Position numbers and translations under genes: made by a program
NCBI GenBank assembly: GCA_009692465.1
Contig: SHZD01000002.1
Coordinates: 1,284 to 65,283 of the forward strand
From: Myxococcales bacterium
GTDB lineage: Bacteria; Myxococcota_A; UBA9042
DNA length: 64,000 nucleotides
Reading direction: 5' to 3'
In this document: in pieces, positions 10,031 to 20,700 of the stretch
Layout: each line of letters opens with the position of its first letter
Numbering within the stretch: position 1 is the first letter of the stretch
Notes under the pieces: model-generated
Seen by the model: the letters and a program-made list of their open reading frames with translations, nothing else
What the model was told of the DNA's origin: nothing
Databases searched by the model: none

Positions 10031-10097
10031 GACCGGCCAGCAGCACCGACCGGCCAGCAGCACCGACCGGCCAGCAGCACCGACCGGCCAGCAGCAC
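10031..10097. repeat. Tandem repeat, 4 x 17 bp GACCGGCCAGCAGCACC
   Basis: Read directly; starts 5 bp after a stop codon. Confidence 0.95.
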
Positions 10098-10308
10098 GCG
10101 TCGGTTGCGCTAGGTGCTCGGTTCGAACTGCTCGCGCCATAACTAGTGAACATCGCTATTGACTTGCCTCCAATGACCGTTGGGGCTGGCTGGGCGTCGG
10201 CCAGACCGGCCAGAACAGTTACTGCGCTAGATCTTGCGCGGCTGGCCGCCTGTCCTAACTTTGCCGATTCTGTGGCGCCGTGCGGGCGCGATTAGGCAGG
10301 CTAAATCC

Positions 10309-11721
10309 ATGAAAAAAGAACAAGTTATCCTCGTTTTAATTCTAGTTTTTGTGGGCGGCTATGTGGCGGGCCGGGCCTCGCACAAGCCCAGTTCGTCGTC
10401 CACTTCGGCTTCGCCGCCGACGCTGGCGCCAGCAAGCCCTATGCCTCAGGTCGCGGCTGGCAGTCCGACACCGTCGCCTTCGCCTGCGCCCAGTTCGAAT
10501 CCGAGTCCGACACCCAGTCCTAGCCCTAGTCCGAGTCCCAGCCCGAGCGCGGCACCCAGTGCCCCAGCCGATCCGAATCAGATCTGGCGCGCCGTGATCC
10601 ATGATGACGACGCCAAAAAGGGCCCAGATTCGGTCAACGTCAAAATCGTAATCTTTGGCGCATTTGGCAATCAGGAAACCGTCGACTTTGCGCCGACCCT
10701 GCAAAACGTGGTCCAGGACTTTGGCGACAAGGTGCAGATTCGCTGGAAGCACAAAGTGGTACCCATGCCGCATCCCGATTCGATCTTCGCTTCCGAAGTG
10801 GCAGCTGCGGCCAATGCACAAGGAAAATTCTGGCCGCTTTTCGACAAGCTCATCAAAAGCTCGTCGATCTCGCCCAATTCGATCGAAACGGCCGCCAAGG
10901 AATCCGGGATCAACTGGGACAAGGTCAAGAAGGAAGTCGATGCCGGCAAGTGGCGTATGCAGGTGCTGCGCGACAGTTTGCTGGCCAGCGAGATCGCCGC
11001 CAATACCTATCCCAACATCATGGTCAACGGCGTGCGGTTGGCCGCGCCTAAGACCTACGATCGGCTCAAGCCCATTATCGAAGAGCAGCTCAAGAAGTCC
11101 GAGGAGCAAGCCAAGACAATGGGCAAGAAAGGGGTGGAGTTTTATCAAGAAATTGTCAAAGCCGGCAAAAACTTTGAACAAATGGGCGGACCCAAGCAGA
11201 CCTTTGACGCCGCCGGCAGTCCCATTTTGGGCAAGGCCAACGCTAAGATTCAGGTCGCGGTGTTTGAGGACTTTCAGTGTCCCTTTTGTTCCAAGGTTGG
11301 TCCGAGCTTGAAGGAATTCGCCAAAAAATTCCCCAACGACGTCGCCATTGTCTACAAGCACATGCCACTCGATATCCACGACAAGGCCCAAGGCGCGGCG
11401 GAGGCATCGATGGCAGCTCTGCAACAAGGACAAGACAAGTTTTGGGCGTACCACGACATCTTGTACAACAATCAGAACTCGCTGGAACAAGACAACTTGG
11501 TCAAATACGCCGAGCAGGCCGGCTTGGATATGGCTAAATTCAAGAAGGATTTGGAGCAGGGCACCGGTAAGCAGGTCATTGGCCGCGATGTCAGCGAGGG
11601 TCAACGGGCTGGCGTGTCCGGTACTCCTTCGGTGTACATCAACGGCATGAAATACCAAGGTCCGCGCGGGTATCCGCCTGAGGGCCTCGAAGCGGTCGCC
11701 CGTACCTACTACGGCCTGTAA
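10309..11721 (+). CDS. Membrane-anchored tandem DsbA-like (thioredoxin-fold) protein
   Basis: N-terminal TM, Pro/Ser linker, two thioredoxin-fold domains; the second has FEDFQCPFC and GVSGTP. Confidence 0.9.
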   Translation: MKKEQVILVLILVFVGGYVAGRASHKPSSSSTSASPPTLAPASPMPQVAAGSPTPSPSPAPSSNPSPTPSPSPSPSPSPSAAPSAPADPNQIWRAVIHDDDAKKGPDSVNVKIVIFGAFGNQETVDFAPTLQNVVQDFGDKVQIRWKHKVVPMPHPDSIFASEVAAAANAQGKFWPLFDKLIKSSSISPNSIETAAKESGINWDKVKKEVDAGKWRMQVLRDSLLASEIAANTYPNIMVNGVRLAAPKTYDRLKPIIEEQLKKSEEQAKTMGKKGVEFYQEIVKAGKNFEQMGGPKQTFDAAGSPILGKANAKIQVAVFEDFQCPFCSKVGPSLKEFAKKFPNDVAIVYKHMPLDIHDKAQGAAEASMAALQQGQDKFWAYHDILYNNQNSLEQDNLVKYAEQAGLDMAKFKKDLEQGTGKQVIGRDVSEGQRAGVSGTPSVYINGMKYQGPRGYPPEGLEAVARTYYGL

Positions 11722-11782
11722 GCGAACTCGCCAGTTCGTCGCAGCAGTAGATTGTCTGAGCGCTGGCAAAAAGCCTTGCAGG

Positions 11783-12352
11783 TCACCGCTCGCCGGTCGT
11801 CTCACCTTCGGGTGCCAAGCGGGCCAGCACGGCTTCCAAGGCTAATTCGGCGCCGCCATCGTCCGTCATCCAATCATGGGCATCGAATCGGCTCAGATCG
11901 CACACCCGCTGGCCCGGCGCAGCGTCTGGGATCGCGGCACACGCCTGCAGTTTGGCCACCAACGATCGCAGCGATCGGGTCGGCACTCGGGAAAACTGCA
12001 GCTGAGGGACGGGGTGGCAAGCCACCCAGCCGCCGTGATTGTTGCCGCAATACATCGCGGCGGTCCAAGTCAACTGCTCGCTATTTAAGGCTAAAATCGT
12101 CGGTCGGTAACCCAAGCGCCGCAGCGCCGCCGCCGCCATCAGCCCGCCGTCTAGCGGATGAACCTGACGGTCGCGCAGCGCGGTCAACGGGCTATGCAAC
12201 CGCGACCAGTCGACCGCGGCGATGCGGTTGAGCCAATCTGCGATGGCTGCCGGATCACTCAGGCGTTCGATCTCGCGCAGCGCCAAATCCGGCCATTGCG
12301 CGGTCAACGCCGTGAAACTCGCCATGCTGCTTTGGACTGCGCCTGCTGCCAT
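11783..12352 (-). CDS. Hypothetical protein, possibly a degenerate transglutaminase-like fold
   Basis: HSPLTALRDRQVHPLDGGLMAAAALRRLGYRP resembles a recalled SPR.V...RAHC.EGA..AAAAL...G..P family. Confidence 0.6.
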   Translation of the reverse strand: MAAGAVQSSMASFTALTAQWPDLALREIERLSDPAAIADWLNRIAAVDWSRLHSPLTALRDRQVHPLDGGLMAAAALRRLGYRPTILALNSEQLTWTAAMYCGNNHGGWVACHPVPQLQFSRVPTRSLRSLVAKLQACAAIPDAAPGQRVCDLSRFDAHDWMTDDGGAELALEAVLARLAPEGETTGER

Positions 12353-12480
12353 CCGTGCCCCTGCCTCTAGCGCAACCGACCCCAGCGCCGGGCGGCCACT
12401 GTGCCCCGCGCGGCGATGACAAGCAAATCCAACGCGCGCTAGACTGAGATCACGGTGCCGGGCGGCGCCCAGAGATCAGG

Positions 12481-13434
12481 ATGGCAATAGCAGTAATTCC
12501 AGGCAACTCGCCCGATGTGCGTGTGTGGCTCAACGGCAGTATCGTCGATGCGCAGGCCGCCCGATTGCCGCACCTGACCCACTCTTTTCACTATGGTTTA
12601 GCTGCGTTCGAGGGCATTCGCGCCTATGAAACAGCGTCAGGGCAGGGTGCGGTGTTTCGCCTGCACGACCACTGCAAGCGCTTGGTGAACAGTGCCCACA
12701 TTGCAACTCTGGATGCTGGCTTGCAATTTACTGCCCAAGACATTGCCGACGGCTGTGTGCAGGCGCTGCAAGCCAATAAACTTGCTGCGGGCTACCTGCG
12801 GCCTGTGATCTACATCGCCGACGGCGCCATGGGCATTGGTGCGGCGGCCAACCCGATTCATGTGCTGATTGCGGCGTGGAAGTGGGGCGCGTATTTGGGC
12901 GAAGAAGGATTGCGCAACGGTATTGCCGCCAAGATTTCTGCCTTCCAACGTCCGGGCCACGCCACCGTCATGTCCAAGGCCAAAATTACCGGACATTATG
13001 TCAACTCGATCTTGGCCAAACGCGAAGCGCTGGCTTGTGGGGCCGATGAGGCGATTCTGCTCAATGAGCAAGGGTATGTCACTGAAGCTTCTGGCGAAAA
13101 TATCTTTATGGTCCAAGACGGCGTGTTGATTACGCCGCCGCTCGGTCTCAATATTTTGGGCGGCATTACCCGGGCGACCATTTTGAAAATGGCCCGCGAT
13201 CTCGGGGTGCCGACCGAAGAGCGCTTGTTCGCTCGCGATGAATTGTACTGCGCGGACGAGGTGTTTTTGACCGGCACCGCCGCCGAAGTGACCCCGGTCC
13301 GCGAGGTCGATGGGCGCAAGATCGGCGCAGGCGGCCGCGGCCCGCTAACGACGCAACTGCAGCGCGCCTATTTTGAGGTCGTTCAGGGCCGCAATGCGGA
13401 TTACGCTCGCTGGCTGACCCCATTTTCGGTGTAA
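12481..13434 (+). CDS. ilvE: Branched-chain amino acid aminotransferase
   Basis: HYGLAAFEGIRAY, KAKITGHYVNS, EASGENIF, GITR, FLTGTAAEVTPV. Confidence 0.97.
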   Translation: MAIAVIPGNSPDVRVWLNGSIVDAQAARLPHLTHSFHYGLAAFEGIRAYETASGQGAVFRLHDHCKRLVNSAHIATLDAGLQFTAQDIADGCVQALQANKLAAGYLRPVIYIADGAMGIGAAANPIHVLIAAWKWGAYLGEEGLRNGIAAKISAFQRPGHATVMSKAKITGHYVNSILAKREALACGADEAILLNEQGYVTEASGENIFMVQDGVLITPPLGLNILGGITRATILKMARDLGVPTEERLFARDELYCADEVFLTGTAAEVTPVREVDGRKIGAGGRGPLTTQLQRAYFEVVQGRNADYARWLTPFSV

Positions 13435-13493
13435 AATTCGAGCGGTCGCTTGGCCCTGCCAACCGCTGCACCAAACCTGACAGAAAGTAGCGA

Positions 13494-13699
13494 CTAGGAG
13501 CCTGTCGGAAATCAATCGGCTGTGAAATGTCTATCAGGTTATACACAATGAATCTATTACGATCCGACAGGCTCCTAGCCAGTCAACTATTCTCAACTGT
13601 CCGAAACTGGCCGAAGTGAATCCGTGCAGTTTCGGACAGTTGCCGCCGTCTAGCCAGACGGCGCTAGGTGCGAGTCGGAATACTCCGACACGCTCCTAG
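13494..13699 (+). mobile_element. Element A copy 2 (206 bp)
   Basis: Same termini and core as 5193-5399. Confidence 0.9.
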
Positions 13700-13752
13700 A
13701 GCGCGAATTCAGGCCGCAATATGGGCGGCACGGCGAAATTAGGGCGGAAGTC

Positions 13753-15126
13753 ATGGCGTTTTTCGAGCAATTTGCGGCGTGGATGCCTGAAGATTTTGCC
13801 GCTTGGCAACCAGCCAAACGAGCATCCAACCGCTTTACCCCCGAGCGCAGTCGGGTGCGCGAGCGCCTCAAGTCGTTGGTCGAACAGGCGTTACTCCGTC
13901 AAAGTCTGCAGCGCGGTGACTTGGAACTGTGGGCCAGCAAAGCCGAGCCGCATTTTTTCAATGACCACGTAGTCGACCACGCCATCGCCCTTTTGGCGCG
14001 ACCGCAGGCCTTTCGCGATCGGCTGGAGGCGCTGAATTCTGCGGTATCCAGTGCTAATCCAGAGAAATTTCATGCGCATATTGGCGTGCGCGTCGATGTG
14101 GACGGCGTAGTCATCGAGCTGAGTGCGCCGGCCGGCGCCGCTTTTGAGCTGGAGGCCGCCCGCGCCGCCGTACACGACTGGTCGATGTGGGCGGAGTTAT
14201 TGGGTTGGGCGCTGCCGGCCAGTGATGCGCGCGATGTCAGTGTGGCCCGTCGGTGGTCGGTGCAAGAGGCGCTTGACTGGGCCGACCCGATCGGTGATGT
14301 CGGGATGTGGGCGAGCCAAGCATTGCCCGCTCTGGCACAACTGCTTGAACAGACTGATAAAAACTCGAACACTCCGCCAAGCGCGGCGCTGCCAGTGCCT
14401 GCAGCCGCGGCGCTGCCGCCTGCCACGATTCAAGCTCCACCGCGCCAATGGCAGCCCTATCGGCCAACCGCCCCGGCCCCACCACGGCGGGCCCCGATCG
14501 AGCCGCGACCCAGTCTGATCGAGCGCATCGTACCGTATATGCAAGCGCCGCCTGAGCCGCCGCCCCTGCACCACCACGACCAGCATGGGCACGGCCATGA
14601 ACGGCGAGAGCCGCCGCGCGATCGCGGTGCTGAGGGCAATTGGCAGGGTTCGCCACCCGCTGGGCGCCACCGGGATACACAGTGGCGGCCCGACAGTCAG
14701 CGCCAGCCCGACCGGCCCGAGGCGCATGGGCCGCCAGATACGCGCGGTGGGCAGCGCTCAGTTGCTGATCCACGAATGGGCGACGGGCGCCCGCGGCCTG
14801 ATTCCCGGTTGGGCGACCCGGGCTCCGATGCCCGCGGCGGGCTTGCTGGAATCGATCAGCGTCGGCGTCACCCAGACGAGCACCGACCGCCTGATCGTGG
14901 CCGAGCGCCGCCGCGAAGTCACGGCGATCACCAGTCGAGTTCGCGGCCGCCTGCTGCCCCGCCGCCGCCGCAAGGCCCTCAGTCCGGTGCGCTAGTGGTG
15001 CTGACCGGTGGCTTGTTGGCCGGCAAAGAGGGCCAAGTCGTGGCCAATCTGGGTCGAACAATCAAAGTGCGCGTTGGCAAACTGGAATTCGAGCTGCCGG
15101 CCTATCAGGTTCAAGCCGCCGCCTAA
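13753..15126 (+). CDS. Hypothetical protein with a disordered Pro/Arg-rich linker and a C-terminal KOW motif
   Basis: C-terminal GALVVLTGGLLAGKEGQVV...IKVRVG matches the KOW pattern. Confidence 0.75.
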   Translation: MAFFEQFAAWMPEDFAAWQPAKRASNRFTPERSRVRERLKSLVEQALLRQSLQRGDLELWASKAEPHFFNDHVVDHAIALLARPQAFRDRLEALNSAVSSANPEKFHAHIGVRVDVDGVVIELSAPAGAAFELEAARAAVHDWSMWAELLGWALPASDARDVSVARRWSVQEALDWADPIGDVGMWASQALPALAQLLEQTDKNSNTPPSAALPVPAAAALPPATIQAPPRQWQPYRPTAPAPPRRAPIEPRPSLIERIVPYMQAPPEPPPLHHHDQHGHGHERREPPRDRGAEGNWQGSPPAGRHRDTQWRPDSQRQPDRPEAHGPPDTRGGQRSVADPRMGDGRPRPDSRLGDPGSDARGGLAGIDQRRRHPDEHRPPDRGRAPPRSHGDHQSSSRPPAAPPPPQGPQSGALVVLTGGLLAGKEGQVVANLGRTIKVRVGKLEFELPAYQVQAAA

Positions 15127-15399
15127 GGGCCCGTGCAAAATTAAGTCGATTTTGAACCCCGGCCCCTTGCTTGCCTGCTGGGTCGCTAAAGAACTGTCCT
15201 CAACTAACTCGATCGATCTGGGCACCACAGGAGCGGCGAGTCGGCCTTTGAGGACGCGAGCTTAGCGACCAACAAAGCCAGCAAACGGAATCAGTCCCAC
15301 AATGACTTATTCTGGGACAGTTCCTAACTCGCGGCCTTGCAATCCGGCTCGACGCTGCATTCCTATCCCGAAGCGATCGCGTCGTTCTTGCACGCGCCC
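15127..15399 (+). mobile_element. Element B interrupted by element C
   Basis: Ends GGGCCCGTGCAA...TTGCACGCGCCC; an uninterrupted relative lies at 30831-30969. Confidence 0.8.
15190..15324 (-). mobile_element. Element C copy 1 (135 bp, TAA duplication)
   Basis: GAACTGTCC...GGACAGTTC inverted ends; reverse complement of 37014-37148. Confidence 0.85.
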
Positions 15400-15427
15400 C
15401 AAGGCCAAGATGAGCGTAAATGCTCCA

Positions 15428-16801
15428 TTAAATCAAGCCAATCCGGACCAACGTCGCAATGGTGCTCCAGCCTAGGGCGAACACCAACGCCACCGCACCC
15501 ACCCACAAAAACTGCCGCACCACTCGCCGGGTCGGCCACCACGGCGGGGTCGCAGCCGATGTCCATTGCGCCTGGCTGATCACTGGATCGGGATGCGTCG
15601 AATGGGCGGCGGCCATATCCAGATCGGCGCGCTGGTCAGGGGTCAGGTAGGCGCGCGGATACATCATCGAAGGCTGACGGGCACTGGCTGGCGCAAAGGT
15701 TTCCGGTGCAGTTTGACTATGTTGGGGCCGACGGGGCCGAGCTTGCGGGTGCTCTAGAGGGCTTTGCGCCACCACCGACAGCTGCGAAGGCTGGTACTCG
15801 TCGGCGCCCATTTTCGCCAACGGCGGGGTCGCAATCGCGTTTTGTGGCACCGAGCCCGGCGGCGCAGCTTGCAGCAGTTTGCGCACGTCTTCGGCGAGAC
15901 GCGCGTTATCGTAACCAGGCGAAGTGGTGCGCAGCCAGCCTTCCAAATCGGCGGCCAGTAGCCCCATCGACTGATAGCGGGTCGCTTTGTTGCGCTCCAA
16001 AGCCATGTGAATGATCGCCGATAGTTCGGTAGACAGCCCGTCGGCCAGGTTATGCGCCTTGGTGATCGGATCTTCGCGCACGGCGCGCAACACCGCAAAC
16101 GGCGAACCGGAGCCCATCGCGCGAAACAGTGGCTTGCCGGTCACCATTTCCCACATGCACACGCCGAGGCTGAACACGTCGCTGCGGCCGTCGACCAGCT
16201 CGGCGCTGGCCTGCTCGGGGCTCATGTAGGCGTATTTGCCTTTGATGATGCCAGCCATCGTCTGCTGGATGCGGGCGGCGACCTTGGCGACGCCAAAGTC
16301 GATGATCTTGACCTCGCCGCCGCGCGCAATCAGCACGTTTTGTGGGCTGACATCGCGGTGGACAATGCCCAGCCGGGTGCCATTTTCGTCGAGCAGCTCG
16401 TGCGCGTGCTCCAAGCCGCGGGCAATGCCGGCGCAGACATAGGCGACCATCGTCGGCGACGCTCGCGCTCCGCGGTTTTCGCAGGTCGCCGCCAGCGTGC
16501 CCAAATCGACGCCGTCGACGTACTCCATAATGAAAAAATAGGTGCCATCGTGGCAGCCGAGCTCAAAAGTCTGAGCGATATTGCTGTGATCAAAGCGCAT
16601 CGCTAGGCGCGCTTCTTGAACCAACATCTCGACTGCGCTTTGGTCCTCGGTCAACTGGGCGTGCATGCGCTTGAGCGCCACCAACTTGTTGTCGCCGTGC
16701 GTCGTCGGCGCCTTGGCCAGATAAACCTCGGCCATGCCGCCGCGACCTAGGCGCCGCAGTAGCTCATAGGGTCCAAATTGTTGAGGAAATTCGTTGCGCA
16801 C
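15428..16801 (-). CDS. Eukaryotic-like Ser/Thr protein kinase with a C-terminal TM helix
   Basis: LGRGGMAEVY, VALK, HRDVSPQN, DFGVAK, GKYAYMSPEQ, DVFSLG. Confidence 0.96.
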   Translation of the reverse strand: MRNEFPQQFGPYELLRRLGRGGMAEVYLAKAPTTHGDNKLVALKRMHAQLTEDQSAVEMLVQEARLAMRFDHSNIAQTFELGCHDGTYFFIMEYVDGVDLGTLAATCENRGARASPTMVAYVCAGIARGLEHAHELLDENGTRLGIVHRDVSPQNVLIARGGEVKIIDFGVAKVAARIQQTMAGIIKGKYAYMSPEQASAELVDGRSDVFSLGVCMWEMVTGKPLFRAMGSGSPFAVLRAVREDPITKAHNLADGLSTELSAIIHMALERNKATRYQSMGLLAADLEGWLRTTSPGYDNARLAEDVRKLLQAAPPGSVPQNAIATPPLAKMGADEYQPSQLSVVAQSPLEHPQARPRRPQHSQTAPETFAPASARQPSMMYPRAYLTPDQRADLDMAAAHSTHPDPVISQAQWTSAATPPWWPTRRVVRQFLWVGAVALVFALGWSTIATLVRIGLI

Positions 16802-16873
16802 GGCCCAGCCACAGACAAGGGCATTACTCTAACACTGCGTCCGCAGCCAGCCAACTTTGGCGACGTCTCAAAA

Positions 16874-17776
16874 TTAGCATAAAAATTCAAGAAGTTCCAC
16901 GTTGACCGCCTCTGGTTCTTCTTGCTGCAGCCAGTGGCCGGCGTCGGCAAAATAGCGCACTTCAAACGGCCCGCTGCACCAGTGTTGCGCTTCGGGTGCC
17001 AGAAAATCGCCCAACGCCGGATCCTTGCGACCCCACAGCGTCAGCACCGGACACGCGATCGGCCGCGCCAATGAGTCGGTCAGCGCCAAGAACTTGGGGA
17101 TCGAGCGGTAATAGGCCAGCGCCGCTTGGGCAACTCCCGGCCGGGCGATACGCTCGCCGTAGACGGCAAAATCGGTGCGCGCAAAGGCCGAACGCTTGCC
17201 AGCGGCCCCCAAAAACGATCGAGCCATGGCGGTCACGGGGTCTTTGGCAATCCAACGCTCGGTCAAGCCGGGAATCTGAAACATCACCATGTACCAAGAC
17301 TTGAACAACTGCGACGGATGGCGCCACAAGGACCGACGAAAAGCCAACGGGTGCGGGGCATTGAGAATGACCAACCGCTGCACAACCTGCGGATGCACAG
17401 CCGCCAGCGCCCACGCGATGGCGCCACCCCAATCGTGCGCCACCACCATCGCCGACTCTGCGTGGCCACGCTCGCTTTGCAACACCTTGATAAGAAGCGC
17501 GATGTCCTCGGCAAGAGTGGCGATATCGTACCCGCCTTGGCGCGGGTCCGGCTTGTCACTGTCGCCATAACCGCGCAAGTCGGGTGCCACGGCCAAAAAT
17601 CCGGCGTCGCCCAGCGCCCGCAATTGGTGCCGCCACGACCACCAAAACTCGGGAAAGCCGTGCAAAAACACCACCAGCTGCCCATTGATGGGACCGTGGC
17701 TGGCCACATGCAGACTCAGGTGCGGGCGAACCGTTAGCCGTCGCTGAGAAAATCCTTCAGTTTTAGGTAGTTGCAA
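16874..17776 (-). CDS. Alpha/beta hydrolase, epoxide-hydrolase-like (start uncertain)
   Basis: LHGFPEFWWSWRHQ, PDLRGYG, AHDWGG, GHWLQQE. Confidence 0.93.
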   Translation of the reverse strand: MQLPKTEGFSQRRLTVRPHLSLHVASHGPINGQLVVFLHGFPEFWWSWRHQLRALGDAGFLAVAPDLRGYGDSDKPDPRQGGYDIATLAEDIALLIKVLQSERGHAESAMVVAHDWGGAIAWALAAVHPQVVQRLVILNAPHPLAFRRSLWRHPSQLFKSWYMVMFQIPGLTERWIAKDPVTAMARSFLGAAGKRSAFARTDFAVYGERIARPGVAQAALAYYRSIPKFLALTDSLARPIACPVLTLWGRKDPALGDFLAPEAQHWCSGPFEVRYFADAGHWLQQEEPEAVNVELLEFLC

Positions 17777-17778
17777 CC

Positions 17779-20700
17779 CTAACCACCACAGCCAGGCAAC
17801 GGAATATGGGTGCAACTGCCGTTAAAGGTGTTGCAGAAGTCCTGGGTGCATGGGTTCTTGTCGTCGCATTCGACCGCGGACTTGCACACCGGCTTGGGGT
17901 TGCAGCCCGGAATTTTCTGGTGGGCGCACTTGCTCTGCAGCAAGTCGCAGAAGTCGACAGTGCACGAGTTAGCGTCATCGCAGTCGGTCTGCAACTTGCA
18001 CTGTGGGTTGGGATTGCAGCCGGCAATGGGGGTGTAAATGCAGTTGCCGCTAAAGGTGTTGCAAGTGTCGAAGGTGCAACTGTTCTTGTCGTCGCACTCG
18101 GTGTTGACCTTGCATTGGGCGCCACAATTGCCGATTTTTTGGTAGACGCAGCCGACCAGCGGCAGGCACGCATCCACAGTGCAAGCGTCGTTGTCGTTGC
18201 AGGTTGCCACCTTGCCCGAGCACACGCCGTTGGCACAGGCGTCGCCGGTGGTGCAGGCGCTGTTATCGTCACAGCTACCGCCGCTCGCCGGTTTGACCCC
18301 GCACAGGCCTAGCACGCACGCTGGGGTCAGGCACGCCATTGCGCTCGACTTGCACTCGCTATCGATTTTGCACTTGTTGCCACAGCTGGGCAGGTTGGTG
18401 AATTGGCACTTGCCGGTCAGGGTCACGCACACGTCCACGGTACAGGCGTCCGAATCCGTGCAGGCCACCGCGGGACCGCCGACGCACACCCCGACCTTGC
18501 AGGTGTCGCCCTGGGTGCACAAGTTGGGGTCGTCGCATTTGGCGCCGTCAACGACCACGCTGAACACGCACTTGGCGGTTTTGGCGTCGCAACTATCCTT
18601 GGTACACGGATTTTTGTCGTCACAGATCAACGCGACTCCAGCCTGGCAGGCGCCGCCCTTGCACACATCGCCGCTGGTACACAGGCTGCCATCGTCACAA
18701 ACCGAGCCACCATTGTTGAATTGGCAGATGCCAGCCGCGCACTTGTCGACGGTGCACACATTGGCGTCGTTGCAGTCGGTGGTGGCCTTGCAGGTGGTTC
18801 CACAGCCGGCGATCGCGGTGTGACTGCAAGCGCCGGAAGCGGGATCGCACTTGTCGGCGGTGCAGTCGTTGTTATCATTGCAGTTCTTGGCGGTGCCGCC
18901 GCATTGGCCCTTGGCGCAGATATCGGCGCTGGTGCACAAGCTTTTGTCGTCACAGGCGCTGCCGTTGTTGCCCAAATTGTGGGTGCACTTGCCGTTTTCC
19001 TTGTTGCACAAATCCACCGTGCACGGGTTGGTGTCGTCGCACCCGACTTTGGTGCCGCCACACACGCCAGCGCTGCAGACGTCGCTGCCGGTACACAGAT
19101 CGCCGTCGTTGCAAGCCGCGCCGGTCAGTGCCTTGTTTTGACACAGCTTAGCCACGCAGGCGGGTTGAAAACAGACGTTCTTGGCGCCGCAATCCGCGTC
19201 AGTGGCACAGTTGGCTCCGCATTTGGGAATGCCGGTGAAAGCGCACTTGCCCGTGACCACGGAACAAGCATCGACCGTGCATGGATCGTTGTCAAAACAG
19301 GCAATTGCGGTGCCAGCGCAGCTGGCTGCCTTGCAGGTATCCCCTTGGGTGCAGCCATTGCCGTCGCTACACCCAGCGCCGTCCTGGGCGGCCAGCGCCG
19401 CGCACTTGCCGGTCGTTTTGTTGCAACTGTCGATCGTGCAAGGGTTTTTATCGTCGCAGACCACGGCTTTGCCGACGCCGCACAGGCCTTGCGCGCACAC
19501 TTCGCCGACCGTGCAGCCGTTGCCATCGTCGCACAGGCCACCACTGGCGTTGGCAACCGCACAGGTGCCCACGTTGCATGTGTTCTTCGTGCATGGATTT
19601 TTGTCGTCGCAATCGCCGTCCGCTTTGCAGTCACTGCCACAGCCCGCAATCGGCGTCGCCACACACTTGCCGGTGCCCTTGTCGCAACTGTCTGCGGTGC
19701 AAGCATTGTTGTCGTTGCAGGTCACTGCGCCGGTGCCGCTGCACATGCCCAGCTTGCAGGCGTCGCCCAGCGAACACAGGTTGCCGTCGTCACACGGAGT
19801 ATTGGTGGCCAGTGGGCTGGCGAGACAGGCGCCGTTGCCCTTGTCGCACGTGTCGAGCGTGCACGGATTCTTGTCGTCGCAAACCACTGTTTTACCTTTG
19901 CATACACCTGCTTGCGCTTCGACGGCACAGGCGTCACCACTGGTGCAGGCGTTGCCATCGCTGCATGCCCCGCCCGCTTGTGGTTTCTGCTGGCACAGGC
20001 CTTGTACGCAACTGTCGGTGGTGCATGGATTCTTGTCGCTGCAGTCGGCGGCAGTCTTGCAAGCGTCGCCGCAGTTGGGGATGTCCTTGAAACTACACTT
20101 GCCGCCCGCACAGGCATCGAGCGTACACGGGTTGGCGTCCGTGCATGGCAAGGCCGAGCCCGCGCATTTTCCGGTGACGCAGCTGTCTTTTTCGGTGCAG
20201 GCGTCTTTGTCCGTGCAAGCCGCGCCATTGGCCAGCGCGATGGCGGCGCATTTGCCGGTAGTTTTGTCGCAACTGTCCGTGGTGCAAGGATTGCCGTCGT
20301 CGCATACCGCGGCAGCGCCCGCCACGCATACGCCGACTTTGCACTGATCCGAGAGTGTGCATAAGTTAGCGTCTTCGCAAGCAGAACCGTCCGCGGCATT
20401 GGCGACTACACACTTGCCGGTGGCCTTGACGCAGCTGTCGATGGTGCACGGATTGCCGTCGTTGCAGATCTGGGCGCTACCAGCGACGCATTTGCCCGCC
20501 GCACAGCTGTCGGCCGCAGTGCACAAGTCGCCGTCGTCGCACGGGCCGTCTTTGGCGGCGTTGACGCACTTGCTTTTTTCGCAACTATCAGCTGTGCAAG
20601 GGTTTTTGTCGTCACAGGGGCTGGCGTCTTTGCAGTTGCCACCGCAGCCGGCGATCGGGTCCGAAGTGCAAGCGCCAGTTTGCAGAGCGCAGGTGTCTAA

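Noticed and set aside
1005-10097. Tandem repeats at 1005, 1270 and 10031 as CRISPR arrays
   Set aside because: Units are 12-19 bp and contiguous, with no spacers and no cas genes.
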